Assembly (NCBI GenBank): GCA_016235365.1
Contig: JACRLF010000024.1
Coordinates: 1-46,077, forward strand
DNA: 46,077 bases
Source of the DNA: Deltaproteobacteria bacterium
GTDB taxonomy: Bacteria > Desulfobacterota > GWC2-55-46
Direction of reading: 5' to 3'
A program made the translations under genes and the position numbers. Of the stretch, positions 31,729 through 39,471 are shown piece after piece; position 1 is the stretch's first letter; each line of letters begins with the position of its first letter. The notes below the pieces were generated by a model. That model had not been told where the DNA came from. It did not search any database and saw only the letters and a program-made list of their open reading frames with translations.

Positions 31729-32457
31729 TTAAGCCCCCGGCCCGGCCGCCGTCCTTCTCGCCCGCTCAAGGTCTTCGGGGGTGTCTACCGATACCGGGTT
31801 GTAGGAGGTCTCCACCACCTTGATCCGGCAACCGTGCTCAAGGGCCCTCAACTGTTCGAGGCTCTCGGCGTCTTCAAGCGCCGTAGGCGCAAGCGCAGAG
31901 AACCTGAAGAGGAAATCCCTCCTGTATACGTACAGCCCTATGTGTTTGTACGGACGCGCCCCGGAGTCCTTGAAAGAGGCCCTTATATGAGGTATCGGGC
32001 TCCTCGAGAAGTATAGCGCGAAGCCGTCCATGCCCGTGACGACCTTTACGACGTTGGGGTTTAGATATTCCTCCTCGTCCAGAATCCTCGTCTTGAGGGT
32101 GCATAGCTCGATCTCAGGACTCTGGAGCAGCGGCCTTATCGCCGTGTCTATGGCCGATGGGACTATCATCGGCTCGTCGCCCTGGAGGTTCACGACAATC
32201 TCGGAGGGGATCCCCCGTGCGGCCTCGGCGACCCTGTCCGTGCCGGACCTGTGGTGCGGCGAGGTCATGACCACGTTGCCGCCGAAGCGCCTTACGGCCT
32301 CCTCTATCCTCTCGTCGTCTGTGGCTACCGCGACATGCTCGACGAGGCTGGCGGCCGCGGCCCTCTCATAGACCCATTGCACCATAGGCTTGCCGCAAAT
32401 GTCCGCGATGGGCTTTCCGTCCAGACGGGTGGAGCCCCACCTTGCGGGGATGATCAC
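31729..32457 (-). CDS. kdsB: 3-deoxy-manno-octulosonate cytidylyltransferase (CMP-Kdo synthetase)
   Basis: (V)[36 protein letters not shown]. Start placed at GTG 32457 (242 aa, the usual KdsB length). The longer track ORF (to 32664) reads through repeat R2 copy e. Start uncertain. Confidence 0.85.
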   Translation of the reverse strand: MIIPARWGSTRLDGKPIADICGKPMVQWVYERAAAASLVEHVAVATDDERIEEAVRRFGGNVVMTSPHHRSGTDRVAEAARGIPSEIVVNLQGDEPMIVPSAIDTAIRPLLQSPEIELCTLKTRILDEEEYLNPNVVKVVTGMDGFALYFSRSPIPHIRASFKDSGARPYKHIGLYVYRRDFLFRFSALAPTALEDAESLEQLRALEHGCRIKVVETSYNPVSVDTPEDLERARRTAAGPGA

Positions 32458-32466
32458 CGCTACTTT

Positions 32467-32581
32467 GAAGCTCCCCGCGGCTTGCCGCGGGGAATCTTCG
32501 ACATGTAAGGGAGTATTTATATCCGATTCGCTCGCTTGACCCCGCAACAAGTTGCGGGCTGGACGCTCGCTATGCATGTTC
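32467..32581. repeat. Repeat family R2, copy e (inverted relative to copies a and b)
   Basis: GAAGCTCCCCGCGGCTTGCCGCGGGGAATCTTCGACATGTAAGGGAGTATTTAT...CGCTCGCTTGACCCCGCAACAAGTTGCGGGCTGGACGCTCGCTATGCATGTTC. Confidence 0.8.
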
Positions 32582-32827
32582 ATCCGCCCCAATATATCAA
32601 ATCCAAATGTTATGTCAATAGCCGCTACCGTTGCAGGGGGCGGCATGTAAAAAATGGGCGGCAAAATTGAAAAAAAGACCGCCCCTCAGGCGCGAACCGT
32701 TGGTTTATGGAGAGGCCCGCCGGATGGGAAACGCGCGGCGTACAAGCGGTGGGGTATGCGTGGGTTTTTGCCGCGGGCACGGCCGAAACGGCCTCTCAAG
32801 AGGCGTACAAACCGTCTCTGATTGCCA

Positions 32828-32856
32828 TTGACAGAGGTATTGCGCTATGTTAATTT
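32828..32856 (+). promoter_or_regulatory. Sigma70-type promoter for tRNA-Leu(CAA)
   Basis: TTGACA (32828-32833), a 17-nt spacer, then TAATTT (32851-32856). The mature tRNA 5' end lies 11 nt downstream. Confidence 0.55.
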
Positions 32857-32866
32857 TCTCTATCTT

Positions 32867-32953
32867 GCCGGAGTGGTGAAATTGGCAGACGCGCGGGACT
32901 CAAAATCCCGTGACCGCAAGGTCGTGCGGGTTCGACCCCCGCCTCCGGCACCA
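32867..32953 (+). tRNA. tRNA-Leu (anticodon CAA), CCA encoded
   Basis: GCCGGAG TG GTGAAATTGGCAGACGC G CGGGA CTCAAAA TCCCG TGACCGCAAGGTCGT GCGGG TTCGACC CCCGC CTCCGGC A CCA. Confidence 0.9.
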
Positions 32954-33289
32954 TCTTAATCCCTTGAAAACACTGCGCTTTTAGGCTGTAGCCCCTTTCG
33001 AGACATCCACGAGCTTCAGGTGTTTTTTACCCGACTGTACTAATTTTGTATTAATTTTTTTCTGGAGACGATCCAACCACCGCCTCTGGCATCAGATTTT
33101 CCTCTTTAGAATTAATGAGTTACCTTTTTCATTCTCAACTCGCTTCTTCCTGCGCGGGATTTTTTATGCCGCATGTTGCCTAAAGCCTAATATCTTCCCG
33201 ATTTTAGAGTGTAGGAAGTGGCCGTCAGCCTTTCTCTTCGGTTAAGATATGCTCGCCAGAAACATCAATCGAGAAGGAAGAAACCATGA

Positions 33290-33460
33290 CTGCCAGTAGA
33301 AGATGGCACAGACAAGCTTACAACTGCTACGCTGGACGAGAAGCTCAGGAGTGTCTCGGAGGCATGTCGGAGAAGAAAGGTTTCCCGGAGCCATTTCTAC
33401 CAGTACCAGATGGCCTTCAGGAAAAGGGTTTTCCCGGTCTTATGGATCGCCAATCCCTAA
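33290..33460 (+). pseudogene. Possible remnant of a transposase N-terminal helix-turn-helix region
   Basis: One frame reads LDEKLRSVSEACRRRKVSRSHFYQYQMAFRKR. The adjacent frame continues QEKGFPGLMDRQS. Together these resemble the (V/L)SEAxRRFGVSRSTFYxWxxxYxEEGxxGLxDRS pattern of IS3/IS481-type transposase N-termini. There is no catalytic domain, and the fragment is frameshifted and short. Confidence 0.35.
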
Positions 33461-33468
33461 GGATCTAT

Positions 33469-34086
33469 TCAAAAACCCTTGATCTCATCGAGCGCTTCCG
33501 GGGTTATGGTCTCGATACCCATCTTCCTCGCCCTCTTTTCGATGAACTTCCTTAGAAAGAACGGGACAGGCCTCACCCTTTTCAGGGCCTCCTCCGTCCA
33601 GTTGATGGGACGGTCAGGATGTACCGGCCGGGCATCCCTGCGGGCTGCCGGTACAGGGCTCCATCCGGCCCTTGCAAGGAAAAAGGCCACGGTGCCGGTC
33701 AGCGCAGCAGAGACAAGAAGGGCCGGGTTGCCTGCCGCCTTGTAAAATGGACTGAAGCTAATATCTAAAAAAGGAATCTGAAATGACATGGTCAAGGCGA
33801 GGAAATCCATGAGGTACAGGACAGACCTGCCTGCATTGGTTATCGCAATGATCTTTGCCTTGAGCCTGAACCCGACAAAAATGAAGATGGTTATGAGGAG
33901 GATGCGGAAAGTGGTGTAGAACATGTACTTCCTGAAATCGCTGCACGTTCCACAAAAGTGAGTGAATATAATGAGGGACAAAACGAGCTTGCAGCCCGCG
34001 TAGACGCAGGCGGCCTGGACAAATCTGTTTTTGGTTACCGACGGGCTATGAAGGGTAGTTCTCATAGAGGGGCGCTCTTTCGGCAT
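33469..34086 (-). CDS. Membrane protein (about 4 TM) with C-terminal PCP_red-like domain
   Basis: Hydrophobic segments: LVLSLIIFTHF, ILLITIFIFVGF, LYLMDFLALTM, ALLVSAALTGTVAFFLA. C-terminus WTEEALKRVRPVPFFLRKFIEKRARKMGIETITPEALDEIK matches the small helical domain found at the C-terminus of protochlorophyllide reductase subunit B (Pfam PCP_red, recalled from memory). Start uncertain (MRTTLHS is an alternative). Confidence 0.6.
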   Translation of the reverse strand: MPKERPSMRTTLHSPSVTKNRFVQAACVYAGCKLVLSLIIFTHFCGTCSDFRKYMFYTTFRILLITIFIFVGFRLKAKIIAITNAGRSVLYLMDFLALTMSFQIPFLDISFSPFYKAAGNPALLVSAALTGTVAFFLARAGWSPVPAARRDARPVHPDRPINWTEEALKRVRPVPFFLRKFIEKRARKMGIETITPEALDEIKGF

Positions 34087-34227
34087 ACGATTCTACCATG
34101 TCATTAAAAGTCCATCCATGGTCTTTTCAACGACGGCTGGGCTGAAAGATACCGCTAAGATGGATTGTTCGGCCGGGTGTTTTTTCCGATTGTCGGACCG
34201 TGCCTGCCTGAGCTTGCGGCGGAAACC

Positions 34228-35503
34228 CTATTTGCGCAACCCGGCCATGAGGAAGCAAACACCCAGGAACACGAAAACATAGATAAACGCATCGGGCTCC
34301 ATGCCGCCCTTCAATGTGAACATGGCGTTCAGCAAGCCGAGGGAAAGGAAAGTCACGCCGATAAGCTGCTTGCCAGCTCCCCTGCCTCGACTCCGGGTCG
34401 TCTTGCTCTCGGTTCCTTCCATTTGGACTAAGCCCTGAACGCCCGCTTTATTTTTCAGTTCAGCCATGATCTCCGGGGTTATCTCTGAGATGCCCTTTGC
34501 TTTCGCATATCTTTCCAGGCCGCTCCTTATCATGGGCCGGAGAAATGACGGGATATTGGAAAGGCGCTCTTGAGCGACATCTGTCCAGACCGGGCGCACG
34601 GGTGCGGCGTCTTTTTTTCCTTCCTTCGGGATGTGTGCGCACCAAGGGTCTTCTCCCATCGCGTCGTTTGAAGTCGCAAGCGCCCTCGCCCTGCAGCCGC
34701 CGCATATCCGATCAAACTCGCATTGAGCGCATTTGCCATTGTAAACAGGCTCTCTCAGAGAACGAAACAGGTGGTCATTGCTCCAAATGTCCTTTAGGCT
34801 GGCTACGCCCAGATTCGAGCTTCCATTCGACGGAGGCATGTAGCGGCACGGCGTTACATACCCTTCAGGGGATATCCTGAGGTAGCCCGTACCTGCTATA
34901 CAGCCGCTTGTATTCCCTTTCAGCAGGGAATTTTCGGGGTTATGCATCGATACAACTCTCAGGAAATGGGGGGCGCACCGCGCCCTCACCATCATCCCGT
35001 GGGGCGAGCTCTTTTCAACGGCGGCGAGGTAATTCAACACTTCCTCGTACTCCTCGGGCCCGAGGTCGGTCATATTCTGCCCCCTGCCGGTGCATACTAA
35101 AAAAAACACATTCAGAGCCTTTGCCCCGGCCTTTGCAGAAAAGTCTATGATAGCCGGCAGGTCCCCCCTGTTCTCCCTTGTGACCGTAACCTGGACCTGA
35201 AAATCCATCTTGTTCCTTCTGAGCGCCTCTATGCCGTCAACGGTCCTTTGCCATGAACCGGCAACACCCCTGAAACGGTCATGGTGCGAAGGCTCCGACG
35301 AATCCAGGCTCACCGCCCACGCCCTTTACCCCGACCGCCTTCAGGGCGCATATACACGCGTCATCCAGCATGGTCCCGTTCGTGCCGAGGTAGCAATGGC
35401 TGCACCTGAGATCGCACCTCTTGGTGGTATTCCAGGAGATCAGGTACGGGACCTGCTCCACAACATTGTTTCGCGCCGCTTTGGCGTCGTTCGTAACATC
35501 CAT
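34228..35503 (-). pseudogene. NirJ/AhbC/AhbD-like radical SAM + SPASM protein fused to PCP_red domain and 2 TM helices; disrupted (internal deletion plus 1-nt frameshift)
   Basis: N-terminal piece (35503-35279): MDVTNDAK...LISWNTTKRCDLRCSHCYLGTNGTML...LKAVGVKGVG. It then shifts frame into VSLDSSEPSHHDRFRGVAGSWQRTVDGIEAL... (34228-35313). In family members about 60-65 residues, including the GGEP motif, separate CxxxCxxCY from the TNGT motif. Here they are adjacent. SPASM cysteines CAQCEFDRICGGCRA are present. PCP_red-like VWTDVAQERLSNIPSFLRPMIRSGLERYAKAKGISEITPEIMAELK follows, then a hydrophobic tail. Confidence 0.7.
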
Positions 35504-35563
35504 TTCATTCCTCCATCCAGCCCTTGCTGAACGGCTTGAAAGCACGCATCTCAAATATCATTT

Positions 35564-35629
35564 TCAAGGCCGCCGTTTTTTAAACCAGAACGAGAGGCCC
35601 TGCATGTTGAACAGCACAACGTCAAACAT
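35564..35629 (-). CDS. 21-codon ORF, apparent C-terminal remnant of the D-type micro-peptide family
   Basis: MFDVVLFNMQGLSFWFKKRRP versus ...VLDVALFNAQGLSFRFKG at 44670-44786. Nucleotide similarity is also visible (TTCAAC.C.CAGGGCCT.TC.TTC.GGTT.AA). Confidence 0.3.
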   Translation of the reverse strand: MFDVVLFNMQGLSFWFKKRRP

Positions 35630-35800
35630 TCTTGGGTTTACGTGAAAACATCCTTACGATGATTGGTTTACTATTCCCGTCTCCGAACAGTGTATTCCCG
35701 ATCAGGTCTATAAATACGACGACTCAGAATACACAGACTATGCTCATGACGGCGTCCGAGAATTGTTGAAGTATTTTCATTTTTTCTCCGTTAGTTTTTG

Positions 35801-36073
35801 TCAACACTGAGATTTTGTGGTTCTTTCTATGGTCACTATCATGTTGTCAACCAAGACAAATCTCCAGCCCTGAGCCACAAGGTAAGTGGCCTCCGTATAT
35901 CTGTTACTGATAAGCCTCTTGACCTTGTGGGCCGGAGAGATGTCCTCGGGCATAGCCACCTTGAGCATCTTGAGTATGACGGCTTCGGGTTCCTTGACGT
36001 TCATGCCCAGCTTCATGCTTCTCTCTGCGAAGCGTTCGATGGCGTGGGCGGTGATTTTAATGTCCGGGCTCAC
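35801..36073 (-). CDS. Small protein resembling DUF4258-type putative toxins
   Basis: 90 aa with GTG start. ITAHAIERFAERSMKLGM near the N-terminus (H-A-x-x-R-x-x-E-R pattern) and a beta-rich C-terminus RFVLVDNMIVTIERT. The start overlaps the upstream ORF stop as GTGA. Confidence 0.45.
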   Translation of the reverse strand: MSPDIKITAHAIERFAERSMKLGMNVKEPEAVILKMLKVAMPEDISPAHKVKRLISNRYTEATYLVAQGWRFVLVDNMIVTIERTTKSQC

Positions 36074-36246
36074 TTTTTATTGGTCTCCTTTCTACGAGCT
36101 CCCATCATACGCACCTCCCACTGCTCCGTGCCATCCTTCCAGTCCCGTATGAAATGTAACAGTCTCGCCATCCCTTCTTCTTTTTGCTCTGTGAAGGGGT
36201 CTTGATAGATCATTACAACTTGACCTATATACAGCTTCTTTTTCAT
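36070..36246 (-). CDS. 58-aa protein, translationally coupled to the DUF4258-like gene (antitoxin candidate)
   Basis: MKKKLYIGQVVMIYQDPFTEQKEEGMARLLHFIRDWKDGTEQWEVRMMGARRKETNKK. Below the ORF-track length cutoff. 4-nt overlap downstream and a 2-nt gap upstream. Confidence 0.45.
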   Translation of the reverse strand: MKKKLYIGQVVMIYQDPFTEQKEEGMARLLHFIRDWKDGTEQWEVRMMGARRKETNKK

Positions 36247-36248
36247 TT

Positions 36249-36344
36249 TTACCCTCTCGCAAACCTTGGAAGAAAGAATCTATCCAGCAAAAACAACACC
36301 GCGCATGCCGCAAAGGCGACAACGAAAGAAATGATAGACCTCAT
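36249..36344 (-). CDS. 31-aa single-TM micro-peptide (D-type family)
   Basis: MRSIISFVVAFAACAVLFLLDRFFLPRFARG. RBS GGAGGGG 7 nt upstream. Paralogous to the 38-aa ORF at 44670-44786. Confidence 0.45.
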   Translation of the reverse strand: MRSIISFVVAFAACAVLFLLDRFFLPRFARG

Positions 36345-36383
36345 TTCAACACCCCTCCGAACGGACTTTCGGGATTCCTCCTC

Positions 36384-36476
36384 CTAAGCACTGGTCAGGA
36401 ACCAATAGAAGGGCACGAGGGTGGCCACAAGCATCACCCCGAACATGATGGGACCCACCTTCTGAGACAGCTTCAC
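36384..36476 (-). CDS. 30-aa single-TM micro-peptide (E-type family)
   Basis: MKLSQKVGPIMFGVMLVATLVPFYWFLTSA. GTG start, RBS GAGGAGGA 5 nt upstream. Paralogous to the 31-aa ORF at 44822-44917. Confidence 0.5.
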   Translation of the reverse strand: MKLSQKVGPIMFGVMLVATLVPFYWFLTSA

Positions 36477-36572
36477 AATATCCTCCTCGAAACATTTTTC
36501 AAAAAAGGCTTATCGGCAAAGCCGGTCCGAAGCCCCACGTTTAGGCCGCGTGCGGATGGCCGGTGTTCAGCT

Positions 36573-36695
36573 TCAGAAAAACCGGTGCGCCAGGATCGCC
36601 AATATCGCGAGCAGGTTCACAACCGCTCCTGCCAGTATGACGAAGTCCACCGGACCAGGCCTCCACTGTTCTGTAAGTACCTTTTTAATCCGCAT
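36573..36695 (-). CDS. 40-aa single-TM micro-peptide
   Basis: MRIKKVLTEQWRPGPVDFVILAGAVVNLLAILAILAHRFF. GGGAGA upstream. No paralogue seen in the window. Confidence 0.3.
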   Translation of the reverse strand: MRIKKVLTEQWRPGPVDFVILAGAVVNLLAILAILAHRFF

Positions 36696-36961
36696 CTTCT
36701 TCTGTCTCCCGTTTTCCCAGGCAGGCGCTCCGGCTCTTCAGGTAAAGCCAGGGAGCCCCAGGAACTGACCAGTGTGATTCTTATCCGGCCTCCCATGCCT
36801 GTTCAACTTTTCTTTCAATGTTATTGACTAAGGCTACCTTCGGTCAGCACAAAAAGACGCTCTTAAATCAAGATAATGCAAAAATAAGATTATTTTTAGT
36901 AAATCAGAGTGTCTGACGGCTATTTATACACAGTCGATATTGAGCAAGGCACGGAACATCT

Positions 36962-37174
36962 TCAAACCTCTCTTTTTTGCGTCTTATCCGCCATAACTTC
37001 CAGTTTGTGCCTTTCCTCTCCCGTCAGTGCGGTTTCAGGTTCGGCGGTGGCCTTCTTGAAATTCTTGATGGCCTTGCCCATGCCGCTTCCGATTTCAGGG
37101 AGCTTGCCCACCCCGAATACGATAAGTATTACCGCCAGTACCAATACGAGCTCGGTAGTTCCTATCCCAAACAT
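36962..37174 (-). CDS. tatA: Twin-arginine translocase subunit TatA/E
   Basis: [42 protein letters not shown] (FG-x-x-KLP and GK-x-I-x-x-FK signatures). RBS AGGAGGA. Confidence 0.88.
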   Translation of the reverse strand: MFGIGTTELVLVLAVILIVFGVGKLPEIGSGMGKAIKNFKKATAEPETALTGEERHKLEVMADKTQKREV

Positions 37175-37281
37175 TGTGTCCTCCTATCCTGCTTTATTTA
37201 AAAAAATTGAACGCCTCATCTTTTCGCTTCAAGCTATTCGCCCAACCCTTCCACTTGGACCAGTTTCCTATTATGACCTGT

Positions 37282-38064
37282 TCAAACCCCGTGCCGATCG
37301 ATTGACGTCAAAGTATCCTCGGTTCCTTCAGCCTCTTCTCTTTTCTTTCCAAAGACCGCGGCCAGTATAACCCCAGCGGCGTAAAGCACGATAAGCGGGC
37401 CGGCCATAAGGAGCTGATTGAATATATCCGGCGTCGGCGTGAGTATGGCGGCGGCAACAAGTATGAGGACAAGCGCATACCTCCACCATGAGAAAAGCTG
37501 CCTTGCGCTGACTATCCCGAACCGGGCCAGGACGAGCATGGCAAGCGGGAGCTGGAAGGTCGCCCCGAATGCGAGGAGGAGTTTTGTCGCCATCGAGAAA
37601 TACGCGCTCATCGATAGCATGGGCTTCAAGCCATCGCCCTCAAAGCTTAAAAGGTACTTAAACCCGAAGGGAAAGACTATGAAATAGGCGAAAAGCGTAC
37701 CCGAGACGAAAAGGATAAAGGAGGATAATACGATAAAGAGAAGCCAGAACTTCTCTTCCCGGTAGAGCGCTGGCGCCACAAAGCCCCATATCTCATAGAG
37801 TATGACAGGGCTGGCAATGACTATGCCGCCGAGCATCCCGACCTTAAAATAGATAAAAAAAGGCTCCACTATCCCGGTAAATACCATGAAATCTTTTCCG
37901 GGAGGAAGTGCCTGGAGAAGCGGTCTTGCGAGGAACTTATACAGCCCTTCCGAAAAATAATAAGCGACTGCGAATCCCGCGCAAGAGGCTAAAATGCAGA
38001 CGATAAGACGGCTTCGAAACTCACGAAGATGGACCGTGACAGCCATTTTCTTTCCAGTATCCAC
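37282..38064 (-). CDS. tatC: Twin-arginine translocase subunit TatC
   Basis: HLREFRSRLIVCILASCAGFAVAYYF... Six TM segments, about 255 aa. GTG start at 38064; an alternative ATG at 38046 (MAVTVHL). Confidence 0.88.
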   Translation of the reverse strand: MDTGKKMAVTVHLREFRSRLIVCILASCAGFAVAYYFSEGLYKFLARPLLQALPPGKDFMVFTGIVEPFFIYFKVGMLGGIVIASPVILYEIWGFVAPALYREEKFWLLFIVLSSFILFVSGTLFAYFIVFPFGFKYLLSFEGDGLKPMLSMSAYFSMATKLLLAFGATFQLPLAMLVLARFGIVSARQLFSWWRYALVLILVAAAILTPTPDIFNQLLMAGPLIVLYAAGVILAAVFGKKREEAEGTEDTLTSIDRHGV

Positions 38065-38089
38065 GATTCTTTCTAAAATCCCTTTTTCA

Positions 38090-38326
38090 TCAGCTTTTAC
38101 GTTCCGTTACCTGACTTGGTTTTTTTGTAGACTTTTCTTCTCCGGAGCCTTGATCTTGAGAAGGGGTGGCCTCTTCAATATTTCTTTTAACTTCCTCACA
38201 GGTCCGCTTAAATTCGGCATAACCCTTTCCAAGAGCCCTGGCTATATCCGGCAGCTTTTCAGGACCTATAAAAATGATTGCTACTATAAGAACCAACAAT
38301 ATTTCAGAAACTCCTATCCCTAGCAT
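38090..38326 (-). CDS. tatB: Twin-arginine translocase subunit, TatB-like
   Basis: MLGIGVSEILLVLIVAIIFIGPEKLPDIARALGKGYAEFKR (the G-P-x-K-L-P variant typical of TatB), followed by an acidic/charged tail. Confidence 0.75.
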   Translation of the reverse strand: MLGIGVSEILLVLIVAIIFIGPEKLPDIARALGKGYAEFKRTCEEVKRNIEEATPSQDQGSGEEKSTKKPSQVTERKS

Positions 38327-39192
38327 TAGCTCCTCATAATCTTAAAGATTAAATCGAATCTAAAGTAAAAATTATGCACCGTGGTCGTGCCTTTCATAAT
38401 TATGGTAAAGTCGCAAATTAGTCCTCGACCCTAATTCCTTTATGGCACCATATAACCCGCTCGATCCCGGGCTTTGGGGAAACCTTTCTACAGAAAGTTT
38501 CCCCAAAAAAAAGTTTTTTTCTGCATCCTGCTAAGGCAAACCAGGGACAGTTTGCCAGATTGCGAGACTTGAAAAGCCGTGCAATTTGTAAGACTTTGTA
38601 AGACTTGGACGAGTTCACTTCTACAGAGAAAACCCTCTCCGGGTCAAGGGTCATGTCAAGCCTAACAACTTTCTGACTAATTCCTTGCATCTGGACATCA
38701 AGGAACGGCATTCTACACACTCTGTCTTTGCCGGATTCCCTTCTGTTTTTCCTCCATCCGCTTTGGACGCATCTTTGGATGAGGATTCCTGCAGGGAGTC
38801 TTTTTCCTGAATGGTCTCTTTTCCCGTCATGTTCCATCCTTTCTTCTTAGCGTTTTTTTTGAAGATTCAAGGGATCAAGTAAAACATCTCAGGGCCGGTC
38901 TTCGTCAGGGGCATCCTCGATATCAGTCTCCCAGGTTTTTTTTCGCCCCATATCCAAGCGGCATTTCCAGCCCAGGGGCTGTTTACGACGCTATAGAGGC
39001 GGGACAGAAGCGGCGCTGTAATCGCGCCGCGCTCCGTAAGAGAGTGCGGGGGTGGAAGTATAGTGACGTCCACGCGGGGATTCCCGCTAAAGAAGACCGC
39101 CCAAGCAAGGTATGGAACGGCGGCGTACTGAGGCCACCGTCAAACGAGTTCAGGCCATAACGCGTTACGGAAGCTGCATCTAACGGGTAGTT

Positions 39193-39303
39193 AAAATTCT
39201 CCGCAGCAAGCTGCGGAGAATTTTCAAGTAAGGAATTTATCGTTTGTAATTCGCTCGCTCCTCCCCGCAGCAAGCTGCGGGGAATCCACTCGCTATGCTT
39301 GTT
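39193..39303. repeat. Repeat family R2, copy f
   Basis: AAAATTCTCCGCAGCAAGCTGCGGAGAATTTT...TTCGCTCGCTCCTCCCCGCAGCAAGCTGCGGGGAATCCACTCGCTATGCTTGTT. Followed by R1-like end fragments (TTTTTCAACAGCCTG at about 39362-39378). Confidence 0.8.
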
Positions 39304-39471
39304 GAAAAGTCCCTCCATGCCTTTTTCAACTACCCGTCCATGGGTTGCATCAGCAGACTGTTTTTCAACAGCCTGACAGATGTCTCCGTCGGCTTATCCG
39401 GGGCCCATTTCTATTTACCTGGTTGTTACTCCCACATAATAATAGAAAAGTCCGCCAAGTGAGACGCACCA

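Noticed and set aside
33395-33470. Minus-strand reading HKTGKTLFLKAI resembling a P-loop (GKT) ATPase fragment
   Set aside because: It is interrupted by stops on both sides within about 20 codons. It is the antisense of the more convincing plus-strand transposase-HTH-like reading, so it is probably coincidental.
35724-35780. 18-codon ORF (MKILQQFSDAVMSIVCVF) with GGAGAAAAA RBS as a RiPP precursor for the SPASM radical SAM enzyme
   Set aside because: The enzyme belongs by motif to the tetrapyrrole (NirJ/AhbD) branch and is itself disrupted. The peptide lies about 220 nt upstream and has no leader/core features or paralogues. There is no supporting evidence.
38476-38520. Hairpin GGGGAAAC-CTTTCTACAGAAAG-TTTCCCC followed by A8-G-T7 as a terminator
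   Set aside because: On the plus strand the T-run is separated from the stem by eight A residues. On the minus strand both runs precede the stem. Neither matches the geometry of an intrinsic terminator, and no upstream plus-strand gene exists.
38418-38837. 139-aa minus-strand ORF between tatB and the repeat-rich gap
   Set aside because: It has no convincing RBS at either candidate start, no recognisable motif, and contains an internal palindrome plus homopolymer tract. It may be a gene fragment but cannot be supported as a CDS.
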